A stretch of 64,000 bases of DNA. Source: Planctomycetota bacterium (lineage in GTDB: Bacteria; Planctomycetota; Phycisphaerae; Phycisphaerales; Phycisphaeraceae). The stretch lies in assembly GCA_039188575.1 (NCBI GenBank), contig JBCCYY010000010.1, positions 4,836-68,835 of the forward strand. Reading direction: 5' to 3'. Both the position numbers and the translations under genes were made by a program. The notes under the pieces were generated by a model. That model was not told the DNA's origin. It searched no databases and saw nothing but the letters and a program-made list of their open reading frames with translations. Below, piece after piece: positions 1 to 7,685 of the stretch (positions are counted from its first letter, which is position 1; each line of letters starts with the position of its first letter).

Positions 1-212
1 GGAGGGGAATCAGGCGTTGAAGTTGGTGTGTCTCCGTTCAGACTGGCCGCAACCCACTGATGGTATTGAGCGCGGGCTTCGCTCTCGCTCACCATGCCGA
101 ACTTGTGTTTCTTAGCGATGCCGGTTTCTGGGTCACGGTAGTTGACGTGATAGCCCAGTCCACGCTTGGGTGAGTAACAGAGCTTTGGGATTCGACGACG
201 CTTTGTAGCCAT
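1..212 (-). CDS. 5' part of a probable tyrosine recombinase/integrase (runs off window start)
   Basis: Not in the ORF track; translated by hand from ATG at 212: MATKRRRIPKLCYSPKRGLGYHVNYRDPETGIAKKHKFGMVSESEARAQYHQWVAASLNG..., open to base 1. Resembles the N-terminal arm-binding region of planctomycete integrases and sits just 3' of a tRNA-like sequence. The catalytic domain is outside the window. Confidence 0.5.
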   Translation of the reverse strand, partial: MATKRRRIPKLCYSPKRGLGYHVNYRDPETGIAKKHKFGMVSESEARAQYHQWVAASLNGDTPTSTPDSP

Positions 213-316
213 AGCTGCACACCTCGGAAGCGCCGGCGTGGCGCCTTATGTCGTGCATGCTATGGTTCTTAAGTCGTGCAAGAGAGATGAATCTTGGAAA
301 AAACGGGCTCTATCAA

Positions 317-390
317 TCGGGGCGGCCAGATTTGAACTGACGACTTCCTGCTCCCAAAGCAGGCGGTCTATCAGGCCATGCAAGACCCCG
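317..390 (-). tRNA. tRNA-Pro(UGG)-like, degenerate 5' half (pseudo-tRNA / att remnant)
   Basis: CGGGGTCTTGCATGGCCTGATAGACCGCCTGCTTTGGGAGCAGGAAGTCGTCAGTTCAAATCTGGCCGCCCCGA. The anticodon arm (CCTGC-TTTGGGA-GCAGG) and T arm (GTCAG-TTCAAAT-CTGGC) are intact. The acceptor stem has a C7:C66 mismatch, the D-stem is broken, the conserved A14/G19 are changed, and no CCA is encoded. Confidence 0.7.
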
Positions 391-514
391 TTTCCAGCGA
401 CCTTTTGTTCGGTGTGGCCATTGGGGTGGGTTGTCTTGATCCCGGACGCCCAGTTGTGCGCCGTTGCGGTATCACGCATTCTCCGTACTAACCGTAGTCG
501 TTTGGTGTGGTCAA

Positions 515-760
515 TTAATCTGCGGTGTATTCCTTGATCACAGCAATAATGTTGGCTCGTGCGGCGGGCGAAAGAGTCGTCCATACTTCCTTAAGCCGGT
601 TAACGGCATGAGAGACATCCGAAGCTTCTGATGCCTCACGCGCACCGGATTGCGCACCAGAATCATTAGGACCATCGTCACAACGCTGTTTTAAGCCGTT
701 GTCTTCGCAATCGGTTGCATCAATTTGAGGGTTCTTGGCTACAAGTCCTGTATCGCCCAT
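515..760 (-). CDS. small hypothetical ORF with an att-junction-type motif (SGAQSGA...WTTLSPAARANIIAVI)
   Basis: 81-aa ORF in the track. The C-terminal motif resembles short ORFs I recall next to integrase/tRNA junctions in planctomycetes. May be non-coding. Confidence 0.3.
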   Translation of the reverse strand: MGDTGLVAKNPQIDATDCEDNGLKQRCDDGPNDSGAQSGAREASEASDVSHAVNRLKEVWTTLSPAARANIIAVIKEYTAD

Positions 761-872
761 TCACTTATTACTGCGGGCACAAATAGCAGGAGACTCTATT
801 ACGATCGATTGATCGATTCGGTGCTGCAGCGTTTTGATTGTCTCTGTTTGCTTGGTGTTGGTTGCTGGATCA

Positions 873-1143
873 CAACGCCCGAACATCCTGCTGAGCATGG
901 CCGACGATATGAGCTATGAAGGTGTCAAGGCGAACGGGGCGAGACCTATGAGACGCTGAACTTAGATAAATCGGCCATGCAGGGGTTGAGGTTTGCGTGT
1001 GGGCATACGCAACCGATCAGCACGCCGACGCACGTCTAGATCATATCGGGGCTCTACAGCAGCAGGAACTACACCGTCTTTGGTGAGTTGAAGCCCGGCA
1101 CTATCACGTTTGCGAACATCCTCTAAGACGCGGACTGGACCAA
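873..1143 (+). pseudogene. arylsulfatase N-terminal fragment (frameshift and two in-frame stops)
   Basis: QRPNILLSMADDMSYEGVKANG / frameshift near 945 / TYETLNLDKSAMQGLRFACGHTQPISTPTHV*IISGLYSSRNYTVFGELKPGTITFANIL*DA. Stops at 1037 and 1124; the CxPxR motif has decayed to STPTH. Confidence 0.8.
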
Positions 1144-1224
1144 CGAGCGGCCCAAGGTAGCGGAGATGCTATGCAAGGCCAGCAAAGACTATATGCGCTA
1201 ATAATAGCATAGGCATTTGCCTCT

Positions 1225-4200
1225 TTACGAAACGGGCGTGACCCTGCCTTCAGATTCTTGCGCCTCACCGCGATCGATCATTACCTGCACCGCCTGGTCG
1301 AGTTGCTCCACAACCCGCGCGGTCGCCCGGCTGATGCCAAAGAGCTTCGCCGCCTCGCGGATGAGGTCCTCACGCGGCAGTCCGAACTGCTGGTCAACGA
1401 TGTAGACACAGGCATTGACTTGCTCAATTAGTGGGATATCTTCGATGTCGCGTAGCGAAGCCTCGTCTTCATTGGCGATCCGTACCGTGGTGTAAGCCGA
1501 CGGGTCCTGTGTCGAAAGCCAGAGTACCTCGGCCTCGCGCTTAATCAGGTTCTCTGCGATTGAGCGGTCGAGCACCTCGTTGAAGCGTTCACGCAGCCGC
1601 TGCGTAGTGCGTGAGATGTTGAAACCTTCGGCTAGCCGTCTTATAGCTAGCTCTTCGGTGATCGGTGCCTCGTGCTTAACAATCTTGGTGAGTGTCTTGA
1701 CCATCCGGTCGTCCGCCGAGGCGGCATAGAGATCTTTTACCGCGGTGTCACGTTTGGTCAGGTTGGTGGGCTCGTAGACCGGCGGTCCATTGTCCTTCTC
1801 TTTCTCGACCTTTGCGCGCGTAAAAAGCCAGTCTGAATCATCGTTCTCGGAATCGATTGGCTCGCGCTCGACAACTGCTGACTCTGGCGCTGGGGGCATA
1901 TCCTCTTGCTCCTCCTCCTTTCTTGTCTTCGTAACCGCCTGCTCGATCAGGTCGAGCAGTTGCTGCAAGCTGCCTTTCGGGTTGACCTGCCATTGCGTGG
2001 ACCAGATGCGCTCGATCTGCCAACCAAGGCCTTCGAGCACGGATTCGCGGGTCCGGTCGCGGTCGCGGGCGGTCTTTGCGCTGTGGTAAGACTTGCCATC
2101 GCACTCGATGCCGACGAGGTAGCGGTTCGGGTTGCCGGGGTCCTTGACCGCGAGGTCGATGCGGTAGCCCGCGCAGCCGACCCGGGTATCGACCTCCCAG
2201 CCGTGCTCGGTCAGGGCGTCGTAGACGACGCGCTCAAAGCCTTCTTTGAAATCAAGCTCGCCGGTCGCCGCTTCGTAGTCGGGGATCGCCTGCGGCCCGT
2301 GCTCAGCGAACTCGAGGAAGGTCTTGAAGTCGCGGACGCCTCTCGCGCGTGTTCGGCGGAGGTCGATCGCCTCGCTGGTCATCGACGAGAAGACCATCAG
2401 ACGGCGGCGCGCACGGGTCACCGCGACGTTGAGCCGGCGTTCGCCGCCTTCTTTGTTTAGCGGCCCGAAATTCATGCTCTGCTTGCCGTCTTGGTCGGGC
2501 CCATAGCCGACGGAGAAGATGATCGCGTCGCGTTCGTCGCCCTGTACGTTCTCGAGGTTCTTGACAAACACCGGCTCATCGACTTCATTCGTCAGGAACC
2601 GCTCGATGCCCGGCGTGTCCCGCCGTGCCTGGTCGAGCAGGTCTTCGATCAGTGTTTGCTGGGCTTGGCTGAACGTGACGATGCCGATCGAGTCGGTATC
2701 GGCCGGGTCGAGCAGCATCGCGACGACTTGTTCGATCACCGCCTCGGCCTCGGCGCGGTTGGTCCGGCTCCCACCGCGGTCGTAGACGCCGTCCTCGATA
2801 TGGCGGAACGTCACGCCGAGTTCGTCGGATCGCTCGATCGGCGAGGGGAAGGTGTACAACTCGTTCTGGTAGTAGTGGTGGTTGGAGAACGTGATTAGTG
2901 TCTCGTGCCGGCTGCGGTAGTGCCAGAGCAGACGCAGCGCGGGGATCCCCGACGCGTTGCATTCCTTGAGGATCGACTCCATATCATCTACCGCGTGGTC
3001 ATCGAGGTCGGTGTCTTCCTCATCCTCGAGTGTGCTGAAGAAGGTGGTGGGGGGCAGCTGCTTAGAGTCGCCGACGACGATGACTTCCTTGCCGCGTGCG
3101 ATCGCGCCGATCGCGTCCCATACCGGGATCTGCGAGGCCTCGTCGAAGACGACCAGGTCAAACGGCGGCAGTTCTGCTGCGAGGAATTGCGCGACCGACA
3201 GCGGGCTCATCAGGAAGCAGGGCTTGAGCCTTGGGAGTAGTGTGGGAACCGACTCAATCAACCTCCGCGTTGGCAGGTGCCTGCGTTTCTTCTCGATCTC
3301 GCGTCGAAGGATGCCCATCTCCGACTGCGAAGAAGCGGCGTTGGTCGGGCGCGGTCGGCCCTCGTCCAGCCGGGCGGCGATGAGGTGACGCGTCAGCTCG
3401 ATCACCTGCTTGTCTAGCAGGCGGAAACGCTCGGCGGTGGCCGTGTGAGCTGGTGCGTTGAAGCTGCGTACGGCCTCGACACGGTCCGCCACTGCGGCGA
3501 ACCAGGCGCTGCCAAAGCCCCGCCAGAAGATCGTTTCGAGGTCGTGCAAGGGCAAGTCGCCGGACTCATAGCCAGCGATGAGCTTCGTCAGGCGCAACTC
3601 AATGGCTTCATCTCGGGCAGCGCGGTAGCTGCACCAGGTGTTGAGCTCGCCGAGGTGCTCGGCCCACCGCTGAAGCGTGGCTTGAACGGTCTCTAGCCAG
3701 TTGGGAATATCCTGCCCAAAGGCCTGATCGTTATTGGTTTGCAGCGCCTGCTCGACATGACACCACTGCTCCGTCCAGGCCTGCCAGGCAGCTATGAGTG
3801 TCTCGCATGATTGGGTGAGCGTTGTGGGGCGTGGTGCACCCGCGATCGCAACGATTTGGTCACTGACACCCGCCAGCGAACGATCTGACTCGATGATTGC
3901 CAGCTGATCGGCGAACTGTTCGCACCAATAGACCAAACCCTCGACTGCCTCCCAATCCGCGTTGGTGTTGTTCCACGCCGGCCCGAGTACTTGGCCGACA
4001 TCGGTATGGTCCTTGAGTTGCTGTTCAAGTTTCTTCACTCTGCCAAGCTGCTCGAGATGGTTGACAACCTCGGCCAGGGGGGCCAGCTTGTCCTTGGCAT
4101 AGGGGCTAAGCGGTTTCGTAACACCGCCCGCGGTGAAGAATCGCATGAACGCGTTGCGCTTGAGGTGACGTTGGATCGCATCGATGTGGACGAGGTGGTC

Positions 4201-7122
4201 GAGGCCGAGGAACTCCTCGCGGTAGTCCTGCAAGAGTCGACCGCGCTCTTCGTCGCGCTGCCGCCCTAGCACGATGGCTTCACGGACGCGCTCACGCAGC
4301 GCCGTTGCATGCATGCCTGTCAGCAGGCTGGGATTGGGTTGCTCGTCTTGTAGTAGCAGCTCTGCGAGTGCTCGCAGTGCTTTGACCGATTTATACCTGG
4401 GTGTATTGGCATCAACCTCTGAACCGGCTTCCGTAAGGAACAACGCGACGGCTTGTTGGAGTTTTTCCGACTGTTCGATCGCCGATTGAATGGCCGCCTT
4501 GGCTTGCTCTGGCAGCGAAAAGCTCCAGCCACAGGAGCCGATACCACGCAGTGGATGATCGTTATGCGGGTCGATGGGTTTGGCACGCTCTTTCAGCATC
4601 GCGATCGCGTCAAGCCATGCCTGCAGTTGTGTTTCGGATGTATCGGCAGGCGTCTTGGTCGGGGGCTCGATGGCCTGGCCTTTCCCAAGGCGGTTGAGCC
4701 GTCCGATCATGCGGAAAAGGCTCTCACCGGTGCCGCGCGGCTCGTGTATGGCTCGGACGTAGGCGTTGAGCTGATCGCGTGTCGCGCCGAGTTCATCGCA
4801 GAGACGGTCCCAGTTGCCCGGTTCGCCGCCGCGCGGGGCGTGTAGGCTCTCTTCGATCTGCGCGAGGACCTGCTTCTTTGAAGCCTTGGCCGAGTGTAGC
4901 TCCAAGCAGAACGCGCCGAGGCCGTCCTGTTCCAGCCGTTTGCGTACGACCGATAGTGCCGCCATCTTCTCGGCCACAAACAGGACGCGTCGACCGCGCG
5001 AGAGGGCATCTGAGATAATGTTGGCGATGGTCTGGCTCTTGCCTGTGCCCGGCGGGCCTTCGAGGACAAATGAGCGCTCGTCCTTCGCGGCGCAGACCGC
5101 GGTGAGCTGTGATGAGTCCGCGTCCCGCGTACAAAGCAGGCCATCGGGTTCTAGCTGGTCGTCGAGCTCCGCGCTGTCGGGCAATGGTTCGGAATCAAAG
5201 TCCGCTTCGGGCAGGTCGATGAGGTGTCGGACCAGCCGGTTCTCTTTGAGCTTGTCGGCCTTCTCCTGCAGATCCTTCCACATGAGGAACTTGTTGAAGG
5301 AGAACAAGCCGATCGATGCGGTATCGATGACCTCCCACTTGGGAACATCACGAATCACGCTTCGAAAGTTGCGGAAAAGCAGTTCGATATCGAGCCCATG
5401 CTCATCTTCGGGCATGTCGTCTAGCTCATCGGCGACGATGCCAAAGTCCGTACGGAGCTTCTCGAGCAGCGTGACATTGGGGTAGAGCGGTTCGTCGTTG
5501 AGCTCGATCCGGTACGCATACCCGCCGCCGGTCGAGGTGCGGGTCAGTGTGATCGGCAGCATGACGAGCGGGGCGTAGCGTGGCTGGTCGGCGGCGTCGT
5601 GCTCGTACCACTTGAGTTGGCCCATCGCGAGATACAGGATGTTCGCGCCCGTTTCCTCGATGCTGGACTTCGCGGTGCGGTAGAGATTGAGCAGGCGTTT
5701 CTTCGACTCGGCGTCAGTCGCTTGGGTACGCAGCCGGCGGTCTTTGAGTTCTTCGGCCAGGAAGTCTTCGCTGTCATCGAGCTTGGGCAGGACCTCAAAC
5801 GACTGCCCATCGGCGAGCATGTTCTCTAGCAGGGGCAGGTCCGGGACAGTCAGCGGCAGCGTCCGGCCCGTCTCTTTGAAGTTCAGCAAACGGTTGCGCA
5901 GCGATAGATCGAGCAGGCGTTTTTGCCAGCGCGTGACGCGGGCGGACGCGCCTTGGTCATCCGGCTCATCGTTGGCGTGCTCGGCCGACCAGGCCTCGGC
6001 GCGTTCAGCCAGGGCAACGCGGTCGATTGTGCTGTTCGCATCAGTGACCTGTTCTGTCGCCAAGGCATCTACATCAACCCCTGCCTCACCGTCCGACCGC
6101 AGCGGCAGTGGGCGCACCCCACGCTTTCGGGCCGAGCGGATGTCGATCGCGCAGAACGTATCACCTGGTTTTTGCATGGTGCGCTTTGCCGCGTCGATCG
6201 CCCCGGCAAAGGTCGCCCCTTGTTCGGTCAGGTGAGTGGACTCGACCGGCAGCACCTCGCCGAGCTCGATGAGGTTACGGATACGCGCGGGCTCGTCGAT
6301 CACGGTCTGGGCCAGGTGCGTGTCGTGGGTCCAGACCGCTGGCATGGCGTGGCCCTGCGTGAGCAATAGCAGCGGGTGCATCCCGCACTGCTCCCAGAGC
6401 GATATCAGCATCAGTGAAGTGTCGAGGCAGGTGCCGAACCTCTCACTCATGACGCGGTCGATCAGGCGGACGCGCTGCCCGGTGGTTTCGAAGCTTGCGG
6501 GCGGGTTGATGTAGCCGATGCGCTGCGCGGCGGTGCTGTTGAAGCAGGCTTCCGCGATCAGCGAAGCGCGCTGCCGGCTCTTGGATTGGTAGCCATCCAG
6601 CGCATCGGAGTCGCTGAGGTCGCCTAGCGATTGTCGTGCGGCCTGCAAGAGCTCGGCAACCTTAGGGTGGTTGGGTGTTACAAACGCCGCGGTCAGCTCC
6701 GCGAAGTAGCCAACGCCCGGCCAGTGATCAAAGGGCAACAGCTCGACCGGGTAGGAAGCCTTGGCCATACCGTGCTCGCAGGATACTTCGCAGCGGATCG
6801 TGCAGCGTTGGGCCTCGGTTCGTGTTGCGAGCTCTTTGACCGAGAGCACAAAGCCCTCGGCACTGAGTGTCGCGCTGTTGCCCGGGTCCAGCCTGGCCAG
6901 CCTTGTGGCCCAAGGCTCGGCCTCATCGTTGTCGAGGTAGAGGCGGACCGTCAGGTCGTGCAGCGGTTCATCATGCGACGAAGTCAGTGTGACCCGGTCC
7001 ACCCAGGGCGCATCGTTCTGCTGCATCGCGAAGTTCACCCGGTCGCTATATTCCAGCGTGATCCCACAAGCGAGTTCTGGCTGCGGAGTGGGTTCTATGT
7101 TGTCGATCGTTTCGTTGTCCAT
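1225..7122 (-). CDS. DUF4011 - SF1 (Upf1/DNA2-like) helicase - Vsr/MTES_1575-like nuclease - DUF3320 protein (HheA-like anti-phage protein)
   Basis: 1965 aa. DUF4011-type WQKRLLDLSLRNRLLN; Walker A GPPGTGKS; DEASQ; VGDSKQLPP; HYRS; NVQGDERD; RLNVAVTRAR; PD-(D/E)xK-like RIDLAV...GIECDG..YH...RDRDR..VLEGLGW..RIWS; C-terminal winged-helix-like repeats. Confidence 0.85.
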   Translation of the reverse strand: MDNETIDNIEPTPQPELACGITLEYSDRVNFAMQQNDAPWVDRVTLTSSHDEPLHDLTVRLYLDNDEAEPWATRLARLDPGNSATLSAEGFVLSVKELATRTEAQRCTIRCEVSCEHGMAKASYPVELLPFDHWPGVGYFAELTAAFVTPNHPKVAELLQAARQSLGDLSDSDALDGYQSKSRQRASLIAEACFNSTAAQRIGYINPPASFETTGQRVRLIDRVMSERFGTCLDTSLMLISLWEQCGMHPLLLLTQGHAMPAVWTHDTHLAQTVIDEPARIRNLIELGEVLPVESTHLTEQGATFAGAIDAAKRTMQKPGDTFCAIDIRSARKRGVRPLPLRSDGEAGVDVDALATEQVTDANSTIDRVALAERAEAWSAEHANDEPDDQGASARVTRWQKRLLDLSLRNRLLNFKETGRTLPLTVPDLPLLENMLADGQSFEVLPKLDDSEDFLAEELKDRRLRTQATDAESKKRLLNLYRTAKSSIEETGANILYLAMGQLKWYEHDAADQPRYAPLVMLPITLTRTSTGGGYAYRIELNDEPLYPNVTLLEKLRTDFGIVADELDDMPEDEHGLDIELLFRNFRSVIRDVPKWEVIDTASIGLFSFNKFLMWKDLQEKADKLKENRLVRHLIDLPEADFDSEPLPDSAELDDQLEPDGLLCTRDADSSQLTAVCAAKDERSFVLEGPPGTGKSQTIANIISDALSRGRRVLFVAEKMAALSVVRKRLEQDGLGAFCLELHSAKASKKQVLAQIEESLHAPRGGEPGNWDRLCDELGATRDQLNAYVRAIHEPRGTGESLFRMIGRLNRLGKGQAIEPPTKTPADTSETQLQAWLDAIAMLKERAKPIDPHNDHPLRGIGSCGWSFSLPEQAKAAIQSAIEQSEKLQQAVALFLTEAGSEVDANTPRYKSVKALRALAELLLQDEQPNPSLLTGMHATALRERVREAIVLGRQRDEERGRLLQDYREEFLGLDHLVHIDAIQRHLKRNAFMRFFTAGGVTKPLSPYAKDKLAPLAEVVNHLEQLGRVKKLEQQLKDHTDVGQVLGPAWNNTNADWEAVEGLVYWCEQFADQLAIIESDRSLAGVSDQIVAIAGAPRPTTLTQSCETLIAAWQAWTEQWCHVEQALQTNNDQAFGQDIPNWLETVQATLQRWAEHLGELNTWCSYRAARDEAIELRLTKLIAGYESGDLPLHDLETIFWRGFGSAWFAAVADRVEAVRSFNAPAHTATAERFRLLDKQVIELTRHLIAARLDEGRPRPTNAASSQSEMGILRREIEKKRRHLPTRRLIESVPTLLPRLKPCFLMSPLSVAQFLAAELPPFDLVVFDEASQIPVWDAIGAIARGKEVIVVGDSKQLPPTTFFSTLEDEEDTDLDDHAVDDMESILKECNASGIPALRLLWHYRSRHETLITFSNHHYYQNELYTFPSPIERSDELGVTFRHIEDGVYDRGGSRTNRAEAEAVIEQVVAMLLDPADTDSIGIVTFSQAQQTLIEDLLDQARRDTPGIERFLTNEVDEPVFVKNLENVQGDERDAIIFSVGYGPDQDGKQSMNFGPLNKEGGERRLNVAVTRARRRLMVFSSMTSEAIDLRRTRARGVRDFKTFLEFAEHGPQAIPDYEAATGELDFKEGFERVVYDALTEHGWEVDTRVGCAGYRIDLAVKDPGNPNRYLVGIECDGKSYHSAKTARDRDRTRESVLEGLGWQIERIWSTQWQVNPKGSLQQLLDLIEQAVTKTRKEEEQEDMPPAPESAVVEREPIDSENDDSDWLFTRAKVEKEKDNGPPVYEPTNLTKRDTAVKDLYAASADDRMVKTLTKIVKHEAPITEELAIRRLAEGFNISRTTQRLRERFNEVLDRSIAENLIKREAEVLWLSTQDPSAYTTVRIANEDEASLRDIEDIPLIEQVNACVYIVDQQFGLPREDLIREAAKLFGISRATARVVEQLDQAVQVMIDRGEAQESEGRVTPVS

Positions 7123-7316
7123 TCCACTTCAGGTATACGTAAGATGCATGATGACGAAATCATATTTTAATCGATTGCGATGAGTGCCAACCCTGATTGA
7201 GTGGGCAGTAGCAGCCCAAATATGCGGATTGAGTTCACTTCCCGCCGAAGACTGTTTTGTGCTGTAATCATGCAGGCAAGTGAGAGTTGCCTATCTGTCT
7301 TGAATGGAGGCCCGTG

Positions 7317-7590
7317 ATGCAGCACCTGTTGATACTTTTAGCGTGTTGCCATGTAGCGGCTGCTTTCGTGTAGCACGAGTCCTTTTATAAGGGCGAGGCA
7401 CTTTTCTCGACTCGGCCCAACGAGACAAAATCTCTCACAAGTATCAAGCGGTTCGGCCCGGTCGGGATGGGGATCGATCTCGTCCGGCCCGCCTTTGTGA
7501 TGAAGATCGCCAACATCGAGCCCGGCTCCCCCCGCGGAGCAGGCCGGCCAGCACAAGAAGGGTCAGGTCATCGAGTCGATCAACGGCGAG
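7317..7590 (+). pseudogene. DUF6288-family protein, N-terminal (signal peptide + PDZ-like) fragment
   Basis: GGAGG at 7306-7310, ATG at 7317: MQHLLILLACCHVAAAFV*HESFYKGEALFSTRPNETKSLTSIKRFGPVGMGIDLVRPAFVMKIANIEPGSP, then +1 C in the C6 run at 7528-7533, then AEQAGQHKKGQVIESINGE, after which similarity ends. TAG at 7371. Family assignment is from memory. Confidence 0.65.
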
Positions 7591-7685
7591 TACCTGTTCA
7601 TCGAAGCGGGTGGGTTCAGCAACCGACACAGGCCGGGCTGGAAGAGCCCCTAGCTCGTAATGAAGCGTCAGCTATAGAAACGGTG

